The notes below the pieces were generated by a model. The model saw only the letters and a program-made list of their open reading frames with translations. It did not search any database and was not told where the DNA came from. A program made the translations under genes and the position numbers. From Candidatus Woesearchaeota archaeon (GTDB taxonomy: Archaea > Nanobdellota > Nanobdellia > Pacearchaeales > GW2011-AR1): a DNA stretch of 24,677 nucleotides. Positions 15,472-23,789 of the stretch are shown here, piece after piece; position 1 is the stretch's first letter; each line of letters starts with the position of its first letter. Where the stretch lies: NCBI GenBank assembly GCA_964372385.1, contig CAYJQP010000002.1:1-24677 (forward strand), read 5' to 3'.

Positions 15472-17998
15472 AATAATCTTCTAAAACATTTTTATTATTT
15501 TCAAACCATTTCGTGTTTATTTGCATGATTTCAAATGCATTTGCTTTTGTTTTTTCGTAGCCTGTTTTTTTATTTTTCAAGAAATTTTTTATTTCTTTTT
15601 CTTTTTGCTTGTCTGCGTAGAGAGTTATGAAAGATTCCAAGAAAGACATGAAAACAAAGTGCACTTTTTTGTAATCATTTAATTTTGACCAGTTTGTTTT
15701 CACCCATTTGAAATATATCTGCCTTATTTTAGGATTTGTGTTTATATTACCGAAGACAGTTCTTAAATCCTGGATTCTTACTTTTTTTGAGAGGGAGAAA
15801 TCAAGGGCTTTTTTTAGTATGTTTGTGTCTTTGAACTTGTACAATGCAGAAAGTATTTTGACTTTTTCTTCCGGGCTTTTAGTTTTCGCATAAATTTTTA
15901 ATAAGGAGTTGTAGATATTTTCGTTACCGTTTCTTGCAGTTAGTGTGTAGATAGCTCCTCTTATGTCAGGATGAACAGAATCAGGGTTTTTTTGCAGGGC
16001 TTTGAAATAGCTTGTTCCAGAATTTATTATTTCTTGGTCTTCTGCGAATGAGAGATAATTTATTGCCAATGGCCTTAACAGAGAGCTGTTATGGTTTTCG
16101 TTTTTATTTATTTTCCATCCAAGCATTTCAAAATTCTTTTGGAACGGCTCTTTAATATGGCTCTTGTATTTATCCCATATCTTTCCCCATTCTTGTGATT
16201 GAGAGAAGATGAAATAAATTTCGTGAATATTTGAATAAATGTCTTCAAGAACAAAAGAACTTGTTTCATTGCTGTAGGATTTGATGAAATTGAGGCAGAT
16301 GTGCAGAGGGAGTTCGCTGAAGAGGGAGAGAGCGAACAAATCATTTTGTATGTTGTTTCTGTCTATGGCAGAGAGTTTTTTTTGCGAGATAAGGATTTTT
16401 AGTTTTTCCAGATTTTCTTTTTGATATTTTACCCTGTAAAATCCTTCCTGCTCGCTATTTATTTTAAACCATTCTGTATTTTTTGGCAGAGCAAGTGTTT
16501 GCGTTTTTTTTGTTATTAGAGTTTTAATTAAAGAATTGTTTGTTTTAATTGTTATAGGAATTTGCCAGAGAGTTTTGTCTTTGGTTTTTGAATTGAATTT
16601 TTTCTGCGTTAGTGTTAGAGTGTTGTTTATTTGTTTTACTTCAATTAAAGGATAGCCGGGCTGTTTTATCCATGATTCCATTATTGATTTTATTGGAGCA
16701 TTTGAAACTTTTGATAGCTCATTCCATAAGTCAGATGCCTGCGCATTTTTGTATTTGTATTTTTTCAAATAATTTGAGATTCCTCCTTGGAAAACTTTCG
16801 GCGAAAGGTAAGATTCTATCATTCTTAGAACAGAGCCGCCCTTTGCGTAGCTTATCGCGTCAAATATTTCTTCTATTTCATTTGGCGTGTTTACTTTGAC
16901 TGCTATTGGGTGCGTTGTTTTGAGAGAGTCGTCAGACAAACCATGTGTTGTTTCTCCTGCTATAAAGTCATTCCACATCTCCCATTCAGGGAAATAGTAA
17001 TCAACTGCCTTGTAAGCCATGTAAGTTGCGAAACTTTCATTTAGCCATAAGTCGTCCCACCATTTCATTGTCACCAGATTTCCAGACCATTGATGCCAGA
17101 GCTCGTGGGCGATAACTTCTGCTATTCTTTTTTTAACTTTTAATGAGGTTTTTTTTGGATTAAAGAGAAGAAGGAGTTCTCTAAAAGTAATTGCGCCCCA
17201 GTTTTCCATTGCTCCTGCCGCAAAGTCAGGAATTGCTATCAAGTCCAGTTTTGGCAGAGGATATGGGACTTTAGAGAAATTTTCAAAATACTTCAAGAAT
17301 TTTTTTGTTAATTCAAGGGCGAATTTTCCCTCATTTGATTTTCCCGGAGTTGCTGCAATTCTTATTTTTGTTTTATTTAATTTTGATTCTATGAACTCAA
17401 ATTCGCCAACGCCGATGTAGAGAAGATAAGTTGACATTTTTGGGGTTTTTTGGAATTTTATTATCTTTTCTGAAGAAAGGTTTTTGTGTGATTCTATGGG
17501 CATGTTGGAAATTGCTTTTAGATTTTTTGGGATTTTTAATGTTAAGGAGAAAGCGGCTTTTTTGTCCGGCTGATCAAAGCAAGGGAAGGCTTTTCTTGCA
17601 TAGGGAGCTTCAAACTGTGTTGTCGCGAGATATTTCTCTTTGCCTTTATGGAGGTATTTTGAGCGATAGAAACCGTAGAGCTTGTCGTTTAAAACGCCCT
17701 GAAATTTAATTTCTATTATTGCTGAATTATTTATTTGTCTATTGAGCTCAAGAGTGAGGGTCTCGTTTTTTTCATTTAATTTTATTTTTGGTTTTATTGT
17801 TTGATTGTTGTGTTTTACTTTTGCTTCTGTTATTTTTAATTCTGAAGAATTAAGGATTATTTTTGAGGTCGGTTTTTTTATATTTAATGAGATTTTTACT
17901 TCTCCCTTAAATCTGAAAGATTTTAGGTTTGGCTCAATGAATAAATCATAATTTTCAGGGGAAATTGATTCCGGGAGTTTGTATTCTTTTTTTTGCAT
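15455..17998 (-). CDS. M1 family zinc aminopeptidase (aminopeptidase N / tricorn-interacting factor-like)
   Basis: TQFE..ARKAFPCFD, GAMENWG, HELWHQW-x-WLNESFA (HExxH-x18-E), YAKG, ERAP1-like C-terminal region. Confidence 0.95.
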   Translation of the reverse strand: MQKKEYKLPESISPENYDLFIEPNLKSFRFKGEVKISLNIKKPTSKIILNSSELKITEAKVKHNNQTIKPKIKLNEKNETLTLELNRQINNSAIIEIKFQGVLNDKLYGFYRSKYLHKGKEKYLATTQFEAPYARKAFPCFDQPDKKAAFSLTLKIPKNLKAISNMPIESHKNLSSEKIIKFQKTPKMSTYLLYIGVGEFEFIESKLNKTKIRIAATPGKSNEGKFALELTKKFLKYFENFSKVPYPLPKLDLIAIPDFAAGAMENWGAITFRELLLLFNPKKTSLKVKKRIAEVIAHELWHQWSGNLVTMKWWDDLWLNESFATYMAYKAVDYYFPEWEMWNDFIAGETTHGLSDDSLKTTHPIAVKVNTPNEIEEIFDAISYAKGGSVLRMIESYLSPKVFQGGISNYLKKYKYKNAQASDLWNELSKVSNAPIKSIMESWIKQPGYPLIEVKQINNTLTLTQKKFNSKTKDKTLWQIPITIKTNNSLIKTLITKKTQTLALPKNTEWFKINSEQEGFYRVKYQKENLEKLKILISQKKLSAIDRNNIQNDLFALSLFSELPLHICLNFIKSYSNETSSFVLEDIYSNIHEIYFIFSQSQEWGKIWDKYKSHIKEPFQKNFEMLGWKINKNENHNSSLLRPLAINYLSFAEDQEIINSGTSYFKALQKNPDSVHPDIRGAIYTLTARNGNENIYNSLLKIYAKTKSPEEKVKILSALYKFKDTNILKKALDFSLSKKVRIQDLRTVFGNINTNPKIRQIYFKWVKTNWSKLNDYKKVHFVFMSFLESFITLYADKQKEKEIKNFLKNKKTGYEKTKANAFEIMQINTKWFENNKNVLEDYFTLQA

Positions 17999-18132
17999 AT
18001 TTTATTAGAGTTTTTTGCATATTTAAAATTGAAGGTTAGTTTGCTTTTTGATTTGCAGTTTAGAAAGGTATTTAAATGACACAAACTTTTCACCTTCTCT
18101 CTCACTTAACTGTTGAGGGGTGAATTCATTGC

Positions 18133-18558
18133 ATGGAGAGAATAATTAAGGAAAAAATTAGTGCTGACCATCTGCTTTATGTTAGCTTGAAATACACGAA
18201 GACTTGTGATGTTATTATTAATCTTCTTTTAAGGTGGAAGAATATGATTGAATTTGCAATGGATGAATTAACTGAAAGGGCGAAGAAGAAGAAAAAGTGG
18301 AAGACAGTTACGGACGCACCTCGCGCCAAGCTGCTGGAACTGAAGAAAATTTATGCTTCTGAAAAAGATATTGCAGATACTCTTGAATTATACGAATTAT
18401 TTAGGGATATAGAAAAACTTGAGAAGGTTCGAGAGAGCGAGTTTAGGAAAGGCGTTAATTTGAAGGTTTTTTATAAAGGACAGGAGATTAACATAAATTT
18501 GGACAAGCTAAGGGAATATTCTGATTTGTTAGAAAGATTTATAAGTGCTCTGAAATAA
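18133..18558 (+). CDS. Hypothetical helical protein upstream of minD
   Basis: 141-aa ORF with SD-like GGGGTGA upstream and TATA at 18071-18076. Confidence 0.78.
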   Translation: MERIIKEKISADHLLYVSLKYTKTCDVIINLLLRWKNMIEFAMDELTERAKKKKKWKTVTDAPRAKLLELKKIYASEKDIADTLELYELFRDIEKLEKVRESEFRKGVNLKVFYKGQEININLDKLREYSDLLERFISALK

Positions 18559-18577
18559 TTTGTTTATGACATTGAAT

Positions 18578-19333
18578 ATGGCAAAAGTTATAACTATAAG
18601 TTCTGGGAAAGGGGGTGTTGGCAAGACAACTTCTGCTATTAATCTTGGAGCTGCTTTGAATTATTTCGGCAAGGATGTAATAGTTGTTGACGCTAATTTG
18701 ACGACGCCGAATATTGGACTGCATTTGGGCGCGCCGATTGTTCCAGTGAGTTTGAATCATGTTTTGAACGGAAAGGCAAAGATTTCTGACGCAATTTATG
18801 AGCATAGTTCAGGGATGAAGATTATTCCAAGTTCGCTTAGCGTTAGAGAATTGAGAAAGCTGAACAGCAATGGCAAATTAAAGGAAATAGGCAAGAAATT
18901 AAGAAAATTCGCGGATTTTGTTATTTTTGATTCTGCGGCTGGTTTAGGTGATGAGGCAATTGCTTCGTTGGAGGCGGCTGATGAGATTATCATAGTTACA
19001 AATCCGGAAATACCGGCTGTTACAGATGCTTTGAAAACCAGCAAAGTTGTTGAAGGACTTGGAAAAGAAGTCAAAGGCGTTGTGGTGGCAAGAGTCAAGG
19101 GAACGAAAACAGAAATGCCGCTTTCCAATATCAGCGACATGCTTGAACTGCCGATTTTGGTTGTTATTCCAGAGGATAAAAATGTTCCGCAGAGCGTTAA
19201 TTTGAAAGACGCTTTAGTGCATGCTTATCCGAAATCAAAGGCATCAAGAGCATATAGGAAACTTGCCGCGAAATTAATTGGAAAAGAGGATTATAGAGAA
19301 GGCGGTTTTTGGGCAAGGGTTTTTGGAGGATAG
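18578..19333 (+). CDS. minD: MinD-like ATPase (archaeal)
   Basis: Deviant Walker A GKGGVGKTT, DANLTTPN, DSAAG, AVTDALK, C-terminal amphipathic FWARVFGG. ATG at 18578 is the likely start. Confidence 0.92.
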   Translation: MAKVITISSGKGGVGKTTSAINLGAALNYFGKDVIVVDANLTTPNIGLHLGAPIVPVSLNHVLNGKAKISDAIYEHSSGMKIIPSSLSVRELRKLNSNGKLKEIGKKLRKFADFVIFDSAAGLGDEAIASLEAADEIIIVTNPEIPAVTDALKTSKVVEGLGKEVKGVVVARVKGTKTEMPLSNISDMLELPILVVIPEDKNVPQSVNLKDALVHAYPKSKASRAYRKLAAKLIGKEDYREGGFWARVFGG

Positions 19334-19375
19334 GGGTTTTTGATTGGATGAGGGTTTTGATGATGCGAGAATTAG

Positions 19376-19395
19376 GTGTGAGCCACACTTTTTTT
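19376..19395 (+). terminator. Possible hairpin plus T-tract terminator after minD
   Basis: GTGTG-AGC-CACAC followed by 7 T. Confidence 0.33.
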
Positions 19396-19525
19396 ATTAA
19401 AGTTACAAGAAGTTGAATATGTTGGATTAATCTTTCTTTACATCAATATCAGAAAAATAATTCCCCTATTGAACTGTATTCTGAATTGTGATTAAGCTTA
19501 TTAATTTCATATTATATAGTATTTA

Positions 19526-20512
19526 GTGTTAGAAGAAAGATTAAGCAGGGATAATGGAAAAGGATGGGACATTCTTGAAAATTTAGCCAGGCAGGCTGTC
19601 TTGGCAGCAGGCGTTTCTGCACTTAAGTATTACGAAGAAGTTGTGGCTTTAGCTGAAGGCGCAAATCCATCAACAATGGCTGACCACGACGCTACTTTTT
19701 CCTTAATTAAAAGCTTAGAAGATGAACTAAAGAATTTATCTAGCGAGTATAAATTTGACTATAGATATTTTGGAGAAGAATTTGAGAAACTTGAAACTGG
19801 CAAGGCATCTGATTCTGAGAAAAAGGCAATTGAAGATGTGTTGGGGAAGCTTAGTTATGCTGATGGCAGGATTAGTAAGAGCTATGCAGATTTCTCCAGC
19901 AAATATGACAAAGATAATATTTGTATATTATTTGACCCGCTTGATGGAACAAATGCTTTTAGATTAGGGCTACCTTTATTTTCCTCAGCTCTAGCATTTT
20001 TTATCGGCGACAGGCCCAAGATTAGTGCAATCTATAATATTTCAGAGAATGTTATTTATTCTGCGTCCTTAAGAGGAGATGAAAGCGAGGCGGATGTTTG
20101 GAATATTGCTCAAAATAAACATTCAGATTTAAAAGAAGAAAGAAAGAAAAGGCTAGTGAGAAGGGGAAATCAGCCAATTCAAATCTCTACTCAAATAACC
20201 AGGTCTAATGAAGAAAAAAGAAAAGAAGGATTAGAGATGTTGGAGAAAATGCCCTCTAAGTCAACTGTTTATATGCTTAATGGCGGCCAATATTCTATCT
20301 CACAAGTTGCCAAGGGAAGCCTTGATTGTTATATAAATAACTGGACTTATAGTTGGGATGTTTCTCCAGGAGAGGTTTTAATTAACGCAATTGGCGGAAA
20401 AGTAACAGATATTAATAAAAAAGACATTGATTATACTAAGAAAAGAATTGGAGTTATAGCTGCTGGAAACGAGAAAGCATACAATGAATTAATTTATTAT
20501 AAGCTTTTTTAG
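19526..20512 (+). CDS. Inositol monophosphatase / FBPase-IMPase superfamily protein
   Basis: TMAD, FGEE, FDPLDGTNAF metal site, WDVSPG...GGKVTD. GTG start is uncertain. Confidence 0.85.
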   Translation: MLEERLSRDNGKGWDILENLARQAVLAAGVSALKYYEEVVALAEGANPSTMADHDATFSLIKSLEDELKNLSSEYKFDYRYFGEEFEKLETGKASDSEKKAIEDVLGKLSYADGRISKSYADFSSKYDKDNICILFDPLDGTNAFRLGLPLFSSALAFFIGDRPKISAIYNISENVIYSASLRGDESEADVWNIAQNKHSDLKEERKKRLVRRGNQPIQISTQITRSNEEKRKEGLEMLEKMPSKSTVYMLNGGQYSISQVAKGSLDCYINNWTYSWDVSPGEVLINAIGGKVTDINKKDIDYTKKRIGVIAAGNEKAYNELIYYKLF

Positions 20513-20579
20513 TCAGTTAATGTATTAATCACCTTAAAGAAAATAAGTTAGGAATTGTAAAGGTTGATAAAAGAGGAAG

Positions 20580-20811
20580 GGCGTATAATTGATTTGATAA
20601 ATATGTTTTTACTCTTTTTTGTATTGGATTTTAATCTTCTCGGCTTGGGAGATATACATTTTGTCCAGAAATCTTTAGTGGACAATTGCTGAAAACCTGT
20701 CACATAAACAACGCAGTTACAGCAGACCAATTAAGTCTTTCGGCTTTTCTTAATTGCTCCGCTGTCCAGTAAACCAACAAAAAACCGAAGAATTAAGTTG
20801 GTTTACTATAT
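20580..20811 (-). ncRNA. Candidate structured element E2, same termini and architecture as E1
   Basis: Hairpins 20768-20778/20797-20807 (11 bp), 20719-20735/20749-20765 (17 bp with one G-U on minus and one mismatch), 20661-20667/20679-20685. A 10-bp loop-loop complementarity includes a G-U on the minus strand. Confidence 0.5.
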
Positions 20812-20824
20812 CCATAAATTGAAT

Positions 20825-21067
20825 TTATCTTACTTTACTCCCAGTTTCAATATCTTTTTCCGGTATTATTGGAATATTTTTATCAAAAACAGGAATTATT
20901 ATTTTATTGTTGTGTAGAATTATAATAATTTTATCGTTTTCTTCAATATTTAGTTTTATATTTATTAAAAATTTTTTATCACTGACGCATATTTCAATTT
21001 TATCATTGATTAATTTTACTTCTCCTATTCTAAAATCTACTTTTTTGAATTCTTCTATGCTTATCAT
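20825..21067 (-). CDS. Degenerate, internally shortened Trbp111/CsaA-like tRNA-binding-domain protein
   Basis: N-terminal ISIEEFKKVDFRIGEV and C-terminal PEKDIETGSKVR match family ends; central HPNADKL and SxGM motifs are absent. Confidence 0.62.
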   Translation of the reverse strand: MISIEEFKKVDFRIGEVKLINDKIEICVSDKKFLINIKLNIEENDKIIIILHNNKIIIPVFDKNIPIIPEKDIETGSKVR

Positions 21068-21088
21068 TTTGATTAATGTTTATAGATT

Positions 21089-21439
21089 TTATCCATTTTT
21101 GAATTCTGCTTTAGCTCCTTGTTTTAGTTCAGATTTAGATGTGAGGAAAACCACGTTTCCTTTTGCGTCGTCTGCGGCGAGAATCATGCCGTCTGATTTT
21201 ACGCCTCTGATTACCGCCGGCTCTAGGTTTGTTATAAAAATTGCTTTTTTGTTTATTAAATCAGAGGTTTTGTAATAGGGCTTCAGCCCCGCGACAATTT
21301 GTCTTGGCTGTTCTTCTTTGAGGTCAACTTTTAGGACATATAGTTTGTCTGCGTTTGGATGATCTTCTATTTCTAAAATTTTTCCGACTTTTATTTCTAG
21401 TTTTTTAAATTCGTCTATTGGGATTTTTTGTTGTATCAT
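21089..21439 (-). CDS. Stand-alone tRNA-binding OB domain (MetRS C-terminal / Trbp111 family)
   Basis: IDEFKKLEIKVGKI, HPNADKLYVLKVDL, RQIVAGL, NLEP..IRGVKSDGMILAA. Confidence 0.92.
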   Translation of the reverse strand: MIQQKIPIDEFKKLEIKVGKILEIEDHPNADKLYVLKVDLKEEQPRQIVAGLKPYYKTSDLINKKAIFITNLEPAVIRGVKSDGMILAADDAKGNVVFLTSKSELKQGAKAEFKNG

Positions 21440-21825
21440 TTTAATGCTTTAAGTATTTTCCATTTGCCTTTATATTCAGTAAATTTGGATATTTTTTCTA
21501 ATTTATTCATTAATCTTCTTCTTTGATTATCTGAACAATTGAATATAATAAATACTTTTTTAGAACCATAGAAAATATCAAATCTTATTCCCCCCATATT
21601 ATAATATTCATGAATGTCTGTAAAATCTTTAATCTTCTTCTTTTTGCTGATAAATTTCTCATTTTTATCAACAAATTCCCTAATTGTTACATTTTCTCCT
21701 CTCATATCTTTCTCTATAGAAGCAAATAATTCTTTTAGCCAATTGAAAAAATCTTCTTCTTTTTTTACAATTAGGTAATTCAAGTTATTTTCATTTCCCA
21801 TTCCTAAAATTGTTGTTTTTTTCAT
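21436..21825 (-). CDS. Hypothetical protein
   Basis: 129-aa ORF whose stop overlaps the next ATG (ATGA coupling). Confidence 0.7.
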   Translation of the reverse strand: MKKTTILGMGNENNLNYLIVKKEEDFFNWLKELFASIEKDMRGENVTIREFVDKNEKFISKKKKIKDFTDIHEYYNMGGIRFDIFYGSKKVFIIFNCSDNQRRRLMNKLEKISKFTEYKGKWKILKALK

Positions 21826-21836
21826 ATTTGTTTTTA

Positions 21837-22067
21837 TTATAGGAGATTTAAAAATTCTTCCCTTGTTAATTTTGCTTGGCGTATTATGTTTAATAAAGTA
21901 CCCTTATCAATTTCTTGATGCATAGGAACTACTGTTGTTATTTTGCTGTTAATTGTTTCTTTAGCCATAAAAACATGACTTCCTCTTTGCCTTATTGGTT
22001 TAAAACCTGTTTTAGAAAGAGCCCTTATCACTTCTTTACCTGATAATCTTGGCAGTTTTGTCAACAT
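21837..22067 (-). CDS. hicA: HicA family toxin (mRNA interferase)
   Basis: LSGKEVIRAL.K.GF...RQRGSH with catalytic His, VVPMH.EI.KGTL..II.QA. Confidence 0.93.
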   Translation of the reverse strand: MLTKLPRLSGKEVIRALSKTGFKPIRQRGSHVFMAKETINSKITTVVPMHQEIDKGTLLNIIRQAKLTREEFLNLL

Positions 22068-22272
22068 TATCTACTTCAAAATTTATTAATATTGTATCAC
22101 CAGAGGTGATATCTTCCGGCAAACCCATCACTTCTATATACAATTTAACAGCCTCTTTGAGATTTTTTATTGCTTCTTCAATAGTATAACCTTGACTTAC
22201 TACGTCTAATTCAGGGCATAATGCAACAAACTGCTTTTCTCCTCTCTTAATAATAGCTGTTAATGTTCGCAT
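22036..22272 (-). CDS. hicB: Short HicB family antitoxin (no DNA-binding domain)
   Basis: FVALCPELDVVSQGYTIEEAIKNLKEAVKLY; overlaps hicA by 32 nt. Confidence 0.9.
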   Translation of the reverse strand: MRTLTAIIKRGEKQFVALCPELDVVSQGYTIEEAIKNLKEAVKLYIEVMGLPEDITSGDTILINFEVDNVDKTAKIIR

Positions 22273-22310
22273 GTTTTTAATAACTATAACAAGATTATAA
22301 GGTTTTTGGT

Positions 22311-23744
22311 TTAAATTTTCCTAAATAAAATTTCTGATTTTTTTATTTTGTTTGGTTTTAGCGGTGTGTTTAATTGGCTTTTGGTTATTTGGAAATTGAA
22401 AGTTTTGGCGATTTTTTCTGAGCTTTCCGGGATGAAAGGACTTAGGAGAATTGCGGCGTCTTTAATCCCATTTGCTAACTGATATAAAATTTTTGAGTCT
22501 TTTGTCTCCCACGGCTTTTTTTCTTGGATGTATTCATTCAATTTGTCAATAAATGCAAATATTTCATTCAGTGCCTTGTCAAGCTCGTAGTTTTTTAAGT
22601 GAGACGAGACTTTGTTTATTGTTGGCTTTGAATCAACGGGAGAGGATTTTTCCAAGCCATATTTTTCTGCGAGTGTTGAAACTCTTGATACTAAATTGCC
22701 GAGCTTGTTTGCCAATTCATTGTTGTGTCTTTCAATTAATGCTTTTTCGTTAAAATCGCCGTCTTCGCCGAATGGGAAATGCCTTAAACAGAAATATCTT
22801 ATTGTATCTGTTCCGTATTTGTCGCATAGTGTTTTTGGTGATATTGTATTTCCTAATGATTTTGAGATTTTTTGTTCATTGAATGTTAGAAAACCGTGGT
22901 TAAATGTAGATATTGGGAGTTTTATATTTGCAGATTTCAGCATTGCCGGCCAGATGACTGTGTGAAACCAAGTATTGTCTTTGCCTAAAATATGGAGGTC
23001 TGCGGGCCAGAAGTGTTTTGTTTTTTCTGTTTGAGTTGCTGTGTAATAATTAATTAGAGCTTCCCACCATACATAGAAGACATGTCTGTCATCTAGGGGG
23101 AATGGAATTCCCCAACTTATAGATGTTCTTGTTATGCTAAGATCCCTTAAGCCTTCTTTTACTCTGCTGATTACTTCATTTCTTCTTTTTTCTGGAAGAA
23201 TAAATTTAGGATGCTTTTTGTAAAAATCAAGGAGGAATTTTTGGTATTTAGAAAGCTTGAAGAAATATGTTTTTTCTTTTAGAGTTTCCAGCGGTTTTTG
23301 ATGGATAGGGCATCTGCCTTCTTCTGATTCTGTTTCGGTGTAGTAAGATTCACAGCCAGTGCAGTACAAACCTTTGTATTCGCCTTTGTAGATATCATTA
23401 TTTTCATTTATTTTTTTTGTTAAATTCCGGGCTGTTTTTTTGTGATCGGAATCTGTTGTCCTGATGAACCTATTTGGGATGATATTCAGCTGCCTCCATG
23501 CTTCTTTGAATTTTTTTGAAAGTTTATCTGTGAATTCTTTTGGAGAGAGGTTTGCTTGTTCTGCGGCTTGCGCTACTTTTTTGCCATACTCGTCTGTGCC
23601 TGTCAGGAAGAATACTTCTTCACCTAAGAGCCTGTGCCAGCGTGCCAAGGCATCTGCAACAATTTTTTGATATGCGTGGCCCACGTGCGGTTCTGCATTG
23701 ACGTAATCAATTGCTGTTGTTATGTAAAATTTTTTGTTTTTCAT
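22311..23744 (-). CDS. metG: Methionyl-tRNA synthetase, catalytic and anticodon domains only, one-knuckle bacterial type
   Basis: YITTAIDYVNAEPHVGH, FLTGTDEYG, FIRTTD, C-x2-C-x13-C-x2-H, YVWWEALINY, KISKSLGN, NELANKLGNL. ATG at 23744 preferred over GTG at 23750. Confidence 0.96.
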   Translation of the reverse strand: MKNKKFYITTAIDYVNAEPHVGHAYQKIVADALARWHRLLGEEVFFLTGTDEYGKKVAQAAEQANLSPKEFTDKLSKKFKEAWRQLNIIPNRFIRTTDSDHKKTARNLTKKINENNDIYKGEYKGLYCTGCESYYTETESEEGRCPIHQKPLETLKEKTYFFKLSKYQKFLLDFYKKHPKFILPEKRRNEVISRVKEGLRDLSITRTSISWGIPFPLDDRHVFYVWWEALINYYTATQTEKTKHFWPADLHILGKDNTWFHTVIWPAMLKSANIKLPISTFNHGFLTFNEQKISKSLGNTISPKTLCDKYGTDTIRYFCLRHFPFGEDGDFNEKALIERHNNELANKLGNLVSRVSTLAEKYGLEKSSPVDSKPTINKVSSHLKNYELDKALNEIFAFIDKLNEYIQEKKPWETKDSKILYQLANGIKDAAILLSPFIPESSEKIAKTFNFQITKSQLNTPLKPNKIKKSEILFRKI

Positions 23745-23789
23745 TAACACTTGAGAAAGAGCCGATATAAAAAGTTAACGAACTTAAAA

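Noticed and set aside
18089-18124. Hairpin occluding the SD of ORF 18133
   Set aside because: The TATA at 18071-18076 places the likely TSS near 18098, so most of the 5' arm would not be transcribed.
20548-20815. 60-aa minus ORF (20548-20730) and a 21-aa ORF from ATG 20815 with a U6 possible slippery site
   Set aside because: Neither frameshift yields a long or recognisable product, and the region is dominated by E2 stems.
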